From an uncultured archaeon (GTDB lineage: Archaea > Asgardarchaeota > Thorarchaeia > Thorarchaeales > Thorarchaeaceae), in contig CAZSWP010000008.1 of NCBI GenBank assembly GCA_964610875.1, forward strand, positions 1 to 64,000: DNA of 64,000 nucleotides. The letters run 5' to 3'. The notes under the pieces are model-generated. The model was not told the origin of the DNA. It worked only from the letters and a program-made list of their open reading frames with translations, and did not search any database. Positions 37,775 through 46,659 of this stretch are shown in pieces. Positions within the stretch are counted from its first letter, which is position 1, and each line of letters opens with the position of its first letter. Made by a program: the position numbers and the translations under genes.

Positions 37775-38830
37775 TTATCGGCCCATTATTCTGCTCAATC
37801 TATCTAGACTTCTTTTAGCTCTCATAAGACGAGTAAGTCTGTCATCTGGTTCTCCCTGTAATAGAAAGGGATAGTTATTCAGTAGAATTCTATCTTCTGC
37901 TGATAGGGGTAGGTTCGAATTGAGTGTTTCAATCACCTGTTGTACGCCCTGAAAGTTCTCGCTTACTGCCATGAGGTAAAGTTGATCAAGAAAGTCATCT
38001 GGATATACTGATTCAACACTCTTCAACCCTGGTGAAAATGATCCAGAAGTACGTTTTGCAATTGCATCTAAAGATTCCTTCCTGCCTAGAGGTACAACTC
38101 CTGATTCTCTAACTCGCTTTTCAAGTTCCTCTTTAGTAACTGGTTCTTTTTCATCTTTTCCTCGCAAAAGGAGTGAAGTTGCTAGATGTAGTGAATCAGT
38201 GAAAGTCCATCCCTCCGTGACCCCGGCCAATAGTCTTGGTTGAATCGACTTAAAGCCCTCCAAGGACTCTTCAAACAAGCGAACTCTATCCTCAATCTCT
38301 GAGGCATCAAAAATGTAAGTATGGTCAAAGAGAGAGAGGATGTGTCTATCAATGTCCTCTGGTTGGGTTGTACAAGCAATGACTAGGACTTCATCATCCA
38401 CCCATGATGTTTCTTTAAGCTCCATTTCTAACACGGCTGCGTAAACAGACTCTCGCTTTCCAAGTAGTTCCAGTCGTGATATATAGAGAATAGCTGGTGA
38501 GTTTCTTCTGGCAAACTCAATACCTGCAGTAATGGATTCTGGTAGAGTCTCCAAATTTTGCAGAATATCTCTCATCCGGAAACTAATTGTCTTCAAGGGC
38601 ATCTCGATAGCAATTTTTTGCGAAAAAGCATCGAAATCGGTACCGGCCGGTCCACAAAGCAGAACCCTTCCACCAAAAGATAGCGTTGTCTTTGCTCCAC
38701 TCTGTACTTTTTGGAGCATATTGTAGTACTCTTCGGCCTTTTTCATGACTGAATACTGTTTTGGCCTTTCTGAGCTGACTTCTTCTGGCTCATATATGGT
38801 GACGGGCTCGGTAAACTTGTCTCTACTCAA
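37775..38830 (-). CDS. AAA+ fold protein with degenerate Walker motifs
   Basis: RVLLCGPAGTDFD (no GKT), FARRNSPAILYISRLE (no DE), VLVIACTTQPEDID, GWTFTD. Confidence 0.7.
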   Translation of the reverse strand: MSRDKFTEPVTIYEPEEVSSERPKQYSVMKKAEEYYNMLQKVQSGAKTTLSFGGRVLLCGPAGTDFDAFSQKIAIEMPLKTISFRMRDILQNLETLPESITAGIEFARRNSPAILYISRLELLGKRESVYAAVLEMELKETSWVDDEVLVIACTTQPEDIDRHILSLFDHTYIFDASEIEDRVRLFEESLEGFKSIQPRLLAGVTEGWTFTDSLHLATSLLLRGKDEKEPVTKEELEKRVRESGVVPLGRKESLDAIAKRTSGSFSPGLKSVESVYPDDFLDQLYLMAVSENFQGVQQVIETLNSNLPLSAEDRILLNNYPFLLQGEPDDRLTRLMRAKRSLDRLSRIMGR

Positions 38831-38984
38831 TTGAAAACCCCGGCAGACTTGCTTGCAGAAATTCCAAAGGTAGGTATATTACCTCTTTGGAGTGTGTGTT
38901 TCTTCCGCGCCGTATAAAACGCGCCTCATACCGTGAATGCCATAAGTGTTTATCACAAGCACCTACGGGACGATGTGAAAAAGC

Positions 38985-40700
38985 ATGAGCAGCAGTTCTG
39001 AACGACTTAGGTCTCTCATCTGGGAAATCATTAGTACAGTGGAGAGTAGGGGTCTTTTCGTTCATTCTTCTGACTTAGAGCTACGGTATAAAGAGAGTGA
39101 GCGGACAAGTAGTAGAGCATCAATCACAAGATTACCACTTATTGTAGGTAGTTGTGTCTTGAACGCTCTCGTTCCAAGGTCTGCAATGCTTCTTGTAGGT
39201 GGACATGGGGGAGGCAAAACAACTTTGCTAAAAATCCTTGGAAGAATGCTTACGGGAAGCAGTCTTGAGGCCATAGAGGAAGGTATGCTTAGAGGACATC
39301 CACAACTGACAGAAGAGAAGATGGTTGCCACTTTACGTCCCGGTCCATTGATGAAGGAAGGTCTTGAGGTAATTGTCTGGAGAAAGTTCGTGCTTGATTT
39401 TTGGAAGATTATTGATGAAGTAAACAGACTCACTCCTCACGCACAAAATATCCTTCTCTCTCTACTCGCAGAAGGTGAATTGAAATATTATGATGAAGTG
39501 AAACGCTGCGAAGAATACTGTCTTTATGCCACAATGAACCCTACAGACTCCGGCACATTTGATATGGCTCCTCCTTTCATGGACAGGTTTGGTATTGCTG
39601 TACCCATAACAATGCCAACTATTGATGATCTTGAGTTGATTCTCTCCTCTCGTGATGAACGGCTATTTGGATATGATCAATTATGGCAAGTTCCTGCTAT
39701 CACTAAAGAAGAGGACTTGTTGACTATATGGAATCTAGCTGATAAGGTCACAGTGTCTGAGGAAGCATCAGAATTCATGCGCTGTCTTGTCCGAGAGTTT
39801 GGTGCATGTATCCGTTCAGACAAAAGCCAAGCTCAGGGTCTTACAGTTGAGAACGGTCTCTGTGATGGCTGTCATTTCAATACCACCAAGAGCATTTGCA
39901 ATAAGGTGATAATCCCACTGAGTGTGCGGGCGGCAAAGGATTTGAACCGCTACTGTAAAGCTGCTAGTTGGCTAGTGGGAGCCGCAGAAGTCGGTGTAGA
40001 GATGGTCAAATCTATTGCTCCTTTGGTATTTTGGCATAGAACTAGATTTGTCAGAGATATTCTTGAGAAAGCCCCATTTTACGGTGATGTATTTGCAGTT
40101 ACTCAACATCTGATGGAGCAGGCTGCAAATAGATTTGCCCAGCGTGAACCTGCATTGAAACTCATGAGGAAGCTTGCTGAAGGTAGAGCAAAGAAAGAAG
40201 AGGTTGAAGAGCTCAAACAAATGGGAAAGAGTGATCTGCTAGTACGACTAGATTTTATGGCTCTGGCTAAAGACTTGAAGACATCTAAATACAGAAAGAT
40301 TGTCAAGAGAGTTGAGAAGGCTATTAATTCCAAAGATGTTGTAGAATTATCCACATTGCACAAAGAATTGTTGGAGAACACAGATATTCCAAATAGAAGT
40401 GGACTACTCAGTCGAGTCTATGAAGTACTTCACAAACTCACTCTTACACAACTCACACTCACATTCGAAAAATGGCAAGATGTTTGGATGACAATAAGCA
40501 TGAGTTTCCCGAAGACCACCATCATACTAAAAGAAACATTGAAGCCACCAAAGAGGCGAGTCATCCGGACAGATGGTCTCATGTTAGTAGTGTATGTCAC
40601 TGGGGATAATCCGGAGTCTCCAGTTTTTCTAGAGATATCCGGAGGAGCGAGTGCACAGAAGCTTTGCAAAGCAGTGCAGGAACAGATTAGTGAGGTGTAG
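38985..40700 (+). CDS. MoxR-like AAA+ ATPase with 4-Cys insertion
   Basis: GGHGGGKTT, IIDEVNR, QNILL, ATMNP, DRF, LSVRA; C..CxxC..C cluster just before sensor II. Confidence 0.85.
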   Translation: MSSSSERLRSLIWEIISTVESRGLFVHSSDLELRYKESERTSSRASITRLPLIVGSCVLNALVPRSAMLLVGGHGGGKTTLLKILGRMLTGSSLEAIEEGMLRGHPQLTEEKMVATLRPGPLMKEGLEVIVWRKFVLDFWKIIDEVNRLTPHAQNILLSLLAEGELKYYDEVKRCEEYCLYATMNPTDSGTFDMAPPFMDRFGIAVPITMPTIDDLELILSSRDERLFGYDQLWQVPAITKEEDLLTIWNLADKVTVSEEASEFMRCLVREFGACIRSDKSQAQGLTVENGLCDGCHFNTTKSICNKVIIPLSVRAAKDLNRYCKAASWLVGAAEVGVEMVKSIAPLVFWHRTRFVRDILEKAPFYGDVFAVTQHLMEQAANRFAQREPALKLMRKLAEGRAKKEEVEELKQMGKSDLLVRLDFMALAKDLKTSKYRKIVKRVEKAINSKDVVELSTLHKELLENTDIPNRSGLLSRVYEVLHKLTLTQLTLTFEKWQDVWMTISMSFPKTTIILKETLKPPKRRVIRTDGLMLVVYVTGDNPESPVFLEISGGASAQKLCKAVQEQISEV

Positions 40701-40710
40701 CACCATTCCC

Positions 40711-42444
40711 TTGAAAATTCCTTGGCGTGAAACAAGTTCAGGAAAGAACTTTACAGAAGTCGCAAAAACGGCGTGGGAACGGGCAAAATCTGATTTCTAT
40801 CATCCCCCCATCCCAGAACCCATCATTGAAACTGATGAAACGGCATCTAGTTTTTTCTACATTGATGCGGAAACTTGGACTGTTCATCTCAATCTAACAG
40901 GTGTTCCTTTACATCTTGACTCCACTGAAGCTGAGTCATTCTTACGTTCAATATGTCATCATGAAATTCAGCATTACCTTGTTTGTCCTTTTGATGGTGT
41001 TACAAATGGACTGATGTTTTCTGGTGCGAGAAGACATCTCTCTGACAGCTTGGCCATGTTTACATGTAATCTATTCGCTGACTTGGTGGTAGACTCTCAT
41101 CTCCTTAGAAGATATCCCTCATTAACTCACAATCGAGTAAAGGCATCAATATTTGATGCGTCCATTAGAACTAGAGAACACTCAGATATCTGGAGACTTG
41201 TTGTTGCTACTTATCGAAAAATGTGGGGGTATCCTATTCCTACAGGTATCCAGATAGATGAAACCACATTTTCAGCTGCACAGGAAATAGTAGAAGTCGC
41301 TCGTAAGTATATCAACAGAGAACAAAAGTGGCCTCTAGCTGTGAGAAAGATTGCTAAGATAATAGACGATTGGTTAGAGGATCATGAAGACTTCTCTTCA
41401 TGTATGCCTTCTTCGGATGGGGGACAAGATGGAACAGACTCTGATTCAACAATGGTCGTAAACATACCCTTGGACGTAGATACTGTGATGGGTGACCCAC
41501 TTCAAGAAAGAAATGGTGATGTTGCGAAGAGATGTCTTGAACATGATCAAGTAAAAGACGCAGAGCAAGAACTTGAACGCTTAGCAATTGAAGTAGAAGA
41601 ACGTGGAGGAGATCTTGAGGATCTTGAGTCAGTGTTCATGTTATATGGTGCTGGAACTGAGCGGGGTGAATGGACAAGGTTCTGGTATAGGGCAAAGGCA
41701 CAGAATCTCCTCAAGTTCTCTGTAAAACATATGCGTCATCACGGAGCAACACCTCTCTCTCCAAATGTTTGGCGACTTGGTGACCCTATTGAGGAATTGG
41801 ATGTTGTTCAATCATTACAGGCTTTCCCTGTTCTTGTGCCTAATATGTCGACTCGTAGATGGCTTAAGACCGAGATAATTGGTCTTGAGGAGTCAAAAAC
41901 TCTTCCTGACCTTCTTCTAGTTCTTGATTCAAGCGGCTCGATGTCTTGGTCGCGAAAAGGTCGTAATCTATCGGGGAGTTTCCATCTTGCTCTTGTATCA
42001 GCTTTTGCAGCTCTTGATTATGTAATAAAGAAGGGATGTAGAGTGGCTGCAATCAATTTTTCTGTAGACCTTACTCAATGTGAATGGACAAAGGATAGAA
42101 TGGAACTTGAACACACTCTTCTTGCGTACGAAGGTGGAGGTACTGTTATCCCTATCAACCAGATCTCTGAATTATGTACATCAGCAACTGACCGAGTGAT
42201 GGTCCTAGTCATATCTGATGCACAAATATCAAACTGGCACCCATTTGTGAAAAGGATGAAAGACCTCACATCTAGAGGACATGAGCTGTTCTTATTCCAT
42301 ATTGGGTCAAGAAGTAAGACGCCATCAAAACGTATAGCAGATTTGGTCAAATCGGGTGTTGAAGTTATTCCTGTTTCTTCAGTCAAGGATCTACCCGACT
42401 TAGTTATCGGTGAAGTGCATCGGAAATATGAGAATGCGGAATAG
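40711..42444 (+). CDS. vWA-domain protein with N-terminal HEXXH metallopeptidase-like domain
   Basis: HHEIQH, NLFADLVVD; MIDAS DSSGSM...GGT...ISDA; follows the MoxR gene; start uncertain. Confidence 0.85.
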   Translation: MKIPWRETSSGKNFTEVAKTAWERAKSDFYHPPIPEPIIETDETASSFFYIDAETWTVHLNLTGVPLHLDSTEAESFLRSICHHEIQHYLVCPFDGVTNGLMFSGARRHLSDSLAMFTCNLFADLVVDSHLLRRYPSLTHNRVKASIFDASIRTREHSDIWRLVVATYRKMWGYPIPTGIQIDETTFSAAQEIVEVARKYINREQKWPLAVRKIAKIIDDWLEDHEDFSSCMPSSDGGQDGTDSDSTMVVNIPLDVDTVMGDPLQERNGDVAKRCLEHDQVKDAEQELERLAIEVEERGGDLEDLESVFMLYGAGTERGEWTRFWYRAKAQNLLKFSVKHMRHHGATPLSPNVWRLGDPIEELDVVQSLQAFPVLVPNMSTRRWLKTEIIGLEESKTLPDLLLVLDSSGSMSWSRKGRNLSGSFHLALVSAFAALDYVIKKGCRVAAINFSVDLTQCEWTKDRMELEHTLLAYEGGGTVIPINQISELCTSATDRVMVLVISDAQISNWHPFVKRMKDLTSRGHELFLFHIGSRSKTPSKRIADLVKSGVEVIPVSSVKDLPDLVIGEVHRKYENAE

Positions 42445-42661
42445 TATCAGAGAATGACTCTTGTTGAAGCTAAAACTCCTTAGAATTAATCTGCTCCTAG
42501 AAAATGAATGGAGTCCGACGTTCATTCAAATTTAATGATTCTTTTCGAATTGTTATTTAGATAATCATTTCGAGGTTGGCACCCAAACTTTTATCACAGG
42601 TAAATAGCGGCCTCGCTTCGTTGCAACACAGCTTTGAAACCTCTTAATGGGGTAGTCCGTT

Positions 42662-43498
42662 ATGTACGAGATTATGTTCAAACAGGTTCTAGCAAAAAAC
42701 ACCAAGATGCTGGTGGTCAATGCTCCTGACATTGCTAGTGTTTGTAAACCTGGTCAATTCGTCATGATTCGAGTTAATGAGACTGGTGAGAGATTTCCTC
42801 TAACAGTAGCTGACTTCGATCGAGAGAAAGGTACTGTTACTATTGTTTTCCAAGAAGTCGGCAAGTCTTCAAAACTATTAGGGTCATTAGAGAAAGGTGA
42901 TGAGATTCTAGATTTTGTAGGTCCATTAGGTAAACCGAGTCCAACCGACAAAAACTATGGCACGGTTGTTGTAATTGGAGGTGGTTGTGGAAGCGCCATT
43001 GCTTATCCCGTTGCACGAGCATTCAAAGAAGCCGGCAATTATCTTATCACAATTAATGGTGCCCGCAGTATGGACCTCCTGTTGTATAGAGATGAGATGG
43101 ATAAGATCTCTGATGAGACCTATGTAACAACTGATGATGGTTCATGTGGTGTACATGGATTTGTTACTCATGTGCTTGGGGATTTGATTCAGAAAGGCCG
43201 TGAGATTGACCTTGTTTTTGCAGTCGGTCCAGTTCCTATGATGAAGTTTGTTGCAAAGACAACTGAAGCTAAGAGGATACATACTCTTGTTAGTCTCAAC
43301 AGCATCATGGTTGATGGAACTGGAATGTGTGGTGCTTGCAGAGTTTCTATCGATGGTCAAATGAAATTCGCTTGTGTTGATGGACCAGAATTTGATGCTC
43401 ACAAGGTGGATTTTAATGAGCTCATGGGCCGATTAAATGCATATATTAAGCAAGAAGCCGTTTCCGACGAGCTCTGGGAGAAATCACAGGAGGGATAA
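42662..43498 (+). CDS. nfnA: NfnA / sulfide dehydrogenase beta subunit (FAD, 2Fe-2S)
   Basis: PGQFV, GERFPLT, GPLG, GGG.G, GPVPMM, MVDGTGMCGACR, CVDGPEF. Confidence 0.92.
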   Translation: MYEIMFKQVLAKNTKMLVVNAPDIASVCKPGQFVMIRVNETGERFPLTVADFDREKGTVTIVFQEVGKSSKLLGSLEKGDEILDFVGPLGKPSPTDKNYGTVVVIGGGCGSAIAYPVARAFKEAGNYLITINGARSMDLLLYRDEMDKISDETYVTTDDGSCGVHGFVTHVLGDLIQKGREIDLVFAVGPVPMMKFVAKTTEAKRIHTLVSLNSIMVDGTGMCGACRVSIDGQMKFACVDGPEFDAHKVDFNELMGRLNAYIKQEAVSDELWEKSQEG

Positions 43499-43504
43499 TT
43501 CAAA

Positions 43505-44938
43505 ATGCCGGAAGAGAAATCAAAACCAAAGAGGGAACGAAAGCCCCCTACAAAGAAAGTTCCAATGAAAGAACAAGCACCTAACAAACGACGGCGCAAT
43601 TTTGATGAGGTTGCTCTCGGGTATACCGCAGAGGAAGCTATGGCTGAAGCTGAAAAATGCATACAATGTAGAAATCCAAAGTGTCAAAGTGGCTGTCCCG
43701 TTGAAGTGCCCATTAAAGACTTTATCAACCTGATTCGAGAAGGCAAATTCATGGAAGCAGCCGCAAAAATAAAGGAAACTAATAGTCTTCCGGCCATCTG
43801 CGGACGCGTGTGCCCTCAAGAGACCCAATGTGAAAAGACCTGTATCTATGGTATCAGGAATGAGCCAATTGCTATTGGCCGTCTTGAGCGTTTTGTGTCT
43901 GATTATGCACGTGAGAGAGGTGAACCACTACCTGAACATCCATCAAAGAATGGGATGAAAGTTGCTGTTGTAGGCTCTGGCCCAGCTGGACTTACCTGTG
44001 CTGGAGACCTCATCAAGATGGGTTACGAGGTCACCATTTTTGAAGCATTTCACAAAGCAGGCGGTGTACTCCAATACGGAATCCCACAGTTCCGTCTTCC
44101 AAAAGAGATTGTGGATGCTGAAGTAGAATATCTGCAAAGACTTGGTGTAAAAATACGATACAACTTTGTCGTTGGTAAGATACGCACAATAGAGGAATTG
44201 ATGGAGGAAGATGGTTTTGATGCGGTTTTTGTTGGCTCTGGTGCTGGTGCACCCAACTTCATGCGAATTCCAGGTATGAACTTGGTTGATGTATTTTCCG
44301 CAAATGAGTTTCTAACCCGTGTCAATCTTATGAAGGGCTACAAATTCCCCGAATATGATACTCCAGTGAAGTGTGGTAAGAAAGTCGCAGTTATTGGCGG
44401 TGGAAATGTTGCTATGGACTCTGCAAGAACTGCTCTACGGCTTGGAGCTTCTGATGTATACATTGTTTATAGAAGATCAAGAGAGCAGATGCCTGCTCGT
44501 GTAGAAGAAGTACATCATGCAGAAGAGGAAGGAGTCCAGTTCAAATTGTTGATTAATCCCACTGAAATTCTTGGTGATGACAAGGGTAATGTCATAGGTA
44601 TGAAATGTAGCAAGATGGAACTTGGCGAACCTGATGCATCAGGTAGAAAACGTCCCATTCCCATTCAAAACTCTGAATTCGTTATCGATGTTGATACTGT
44701 GATAGTTGCAATCGGCAACTCACCTAATCCTATTATACCCTCTTCGACACCTGGGCTTGAAGTATCTGAGTGGGGTACCATACTTGTAGATGATAACACT
44801 GGAATGTCCAGTGTTCCCGGTGTATTTGCAGGTGGAGATATTGTAACAGGTGCTGCAACAGTCATCAGTGCTATGGGTGCTGGTAAGATTGCAGCAAGAG
44901 GTATTGACAAGTATCTATCAGAAAAGAACGAGACTTAA
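43505..44938 (+). CDS. nfnB: NfnB / GltD-like electron-bifurcating subunit
   Basis: CIQC...C..GCP, CGRVCPQETQCE, GSGPAG, YGIP.FRLP, GGGNVAMD, FAGGD; paired with nfnA. Confidence 0.92.
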   Translation: MPEEKSKPKRERKPPTKKVPMKEQAPNKRRRNFDEVALGYTAEEAMAEAEKCIQCRNPKCQSGCPVEVPIKDFINLIREGKFMEAAAKIKETNSLPAICGRVCPQETQCEKTCIYGIRNEPIAIGRLERFVSDYARERGEPLPEHPSKNGMKVAVVGSGPAGLTCAGDLIKMGYEVTIFEAFHKAGGVLQYGIPQFRLPKEIVDAEVEYLQRLGVKIRYNFVVGKIRTIEELMEEDGFDAVFVGSGAGAPNFMRIPGMNLVDVFSANEFLTRVNLMKGYKFPEYDTPVKCGKKVAVIGGGNVAMDSARTALRLGASDVYIVYRRSREQMPARVEEVHHAEEEGVQFKLLINPTEILGDDKGNVIGMKCSKMELGEPDASGRKRPIPIQNSEFVIDVDTVIVAIGNSPNPIIPSSTPGLEVSEWGTILVDDNTGMSSVPGVFAGGDIVTGAATVISAMGAGKIAARGIDKYLSEKNET

Positions 44939-45086
44939 GTGAGGCTAAACCCTCACATCCTCATTCTCCTACACTTTTTCTAGAAGTATTATATGTCTAA
45001 GTTACAACTGTTAAATTGCATCCCCAATATTTACTATTAATCGATTCTGTGCATTCCACCAGAAATGAATATCGGAGAATTATAGA

Positions 45087-46601
45087 TTGCCCGTATCAGT
45101 AGCGTTTCCCGAGATTGATTCTGACTCATTGGAATACTTCCTGAAAGTACTCAACTCGTTGAATATACAGGCATATCTCTGTGACTCCGATTTAAGGGTG
45201 ATAACTGCAAATAGCTTGTTTCTTTCATCTCCAATCTTGAAATCTGTACAGAGTAGTATCATCGGTTTGAATCTGAGTGAGATATTGAAAGAGTTCGATG
45301 AGAGAACTGCTGAGCTAATAAATGAGGTATTAACAAAACAGACCCAAAATGTGAGTCAAATGAGAGCACAGGACCAACATTATAATATAACATACGAAGT
45401 TGTAAGAAGTCCAATTCAACTTCAAACAGCAAGTCATGTTCGATTACTGGTAATGACCACGATGCGTGAGATTGACAAACAACGCGTAACCAATCCATTA
45501 TTGGCACATATCAACAAAGAAGCGATACATATCATAGACACAATCGATGAAGGTATAGCTTTCATAGATGATAAACATCGTTTGATATATGTGAATGAAG
45601 TTTTCCCAAAGATGCTTGGGTATACTCGTGATCAAATGTTGGGAGAGGAGCTTGTCAAGTTCCTATCAGATGCTGAGAAAACAATGGCATTGCAGAGGCT
45701 AGAAACTAGAAGGAGTCGGGAGATTGAGGAATCCTCTTACAATATGAGCATGATTGATTCAGAGGGGAAAAATCATCTCTTCTTCATTACTGGCAGAGAC
45801 ATATACAATGATCATGGAGTGTTCATTGGAAGTATCGGTGTGTTTAGAGATCTTGAAATAATTCAGGATGTAGATGAACAGGATAATATCAATACTACTT
45901 TGGAACAACTCTATCTCGATATTCTCTATAAGGACCTCAGTTCCTTTGGCATGTCATTTGAGGATGATGTATTCTCTCTGCTTGAAGATTCAAAAGCCGA
46001 GGGGCTCATGTTCAATATTCTCGAAGCTAGAGAAACCTTAAGTTCTGCGAAAAATCTAGTTTCTGATATTCGACGGATTCAAAAAATCTCTGCTTTCCCA
46101 CGAAGTAGTGAAGAAAAACACCTGTATCTTGTTCTTACAAATGCTGTCGAATCTTTGAATGAATGGCCTGAAATTGCATCTAAGGGGCTAAAGGTAGAAA
46201 TTGATGTACCATCAAATATCTCTATTGTAACCCACGGGATGCTCGAGGAGGCTATCCTACAAGTACTCAGATACATCGCATTGAGTATCAGTACAACAGA
46301 TACTGCCATCTCAATCTCCACGACCCGTGATAAAAGTGACAATCCCATTGTTGAATTCCAATCTCCCAGACTCAAATACGTCCCGGATACAGAGGACCCG
46401 ATTCATTTAGATATTAACAAGGTGACATCTCTTCGTAGACCAGAACATGGAATGTCTATTGTCATGTTAGCGGCTCTTGCAGCACAGAACAAATGGACTG
46501 TTGAGATTGAACACACATCTGATAAGTCGTCTGTTATTCGTATCAGCCTTCCATCAATAGTGTACACTGAATCGGACTCTGGGAATGCTATAGACAAATA
46601 G
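45087..46601 (+). CDS. PAS-domain protein with degenerate histidine-kinase-like C-terminus
   Basis: Two PAS-like regions (YVNE.F..MLGY....MLG; G.IGVFRD); LYLDILYKDL at the H-box position; eroded HATPase boxes. Confidence 0.65.
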   Translation: MPVSVAFPEIDSDSLEYFLKVLNSLNIQAYLCDSDLRVITANSLFLSSPILKSVQSSIIGLNLSEILKEFDERTAELINEVLTKQTQNVSQMRAQDQHYNITYEVVRSPIQLQTASHVRLLVMTTMREIDKQRVTNPLLAHINKEAIHIIDTIDEGIAFIDDKHRLIYVNEVFPKMLGYTRDQMLGEELVKFLSDAEKTMALQRLETRRSREIEESSYNMSMIDSEGKNHLFFITGRDIYNDHGVFIGSIGVFRDLEIIQDVDEQDNINTTLEQLYLDILYKDLSSFGMSFEDDVFSLLEDSKAEGLMFNILEARETLSSAKNLVSDIRRIQKISAFPRSSEEKHLYLVLTNAVESLNEWPEIASKGLKVEIDVPSNISIVTHGMLEEAILQVLRYIALSISTTDTAISISTTRDKSDNPIVEFQSPRLKYVPDTEDPIHLDINKVTSLRRPEHGMSIVMLAALAAQNKWTVEIEHTSDKSSVIRISLPSIVYTESDSGNAIDK

Positions 46602-46659
46602 GAATACGAATTACAAGAGTTCATTAGATGGCTCAGTATGATAAGAATATGTGTGACTC

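Noticed and set aside
43505-44938. Glutamate synthase
   Set aside because: No large subunit nearby; pairing with the NfnA-type gene indicates NfnAB/Sud.
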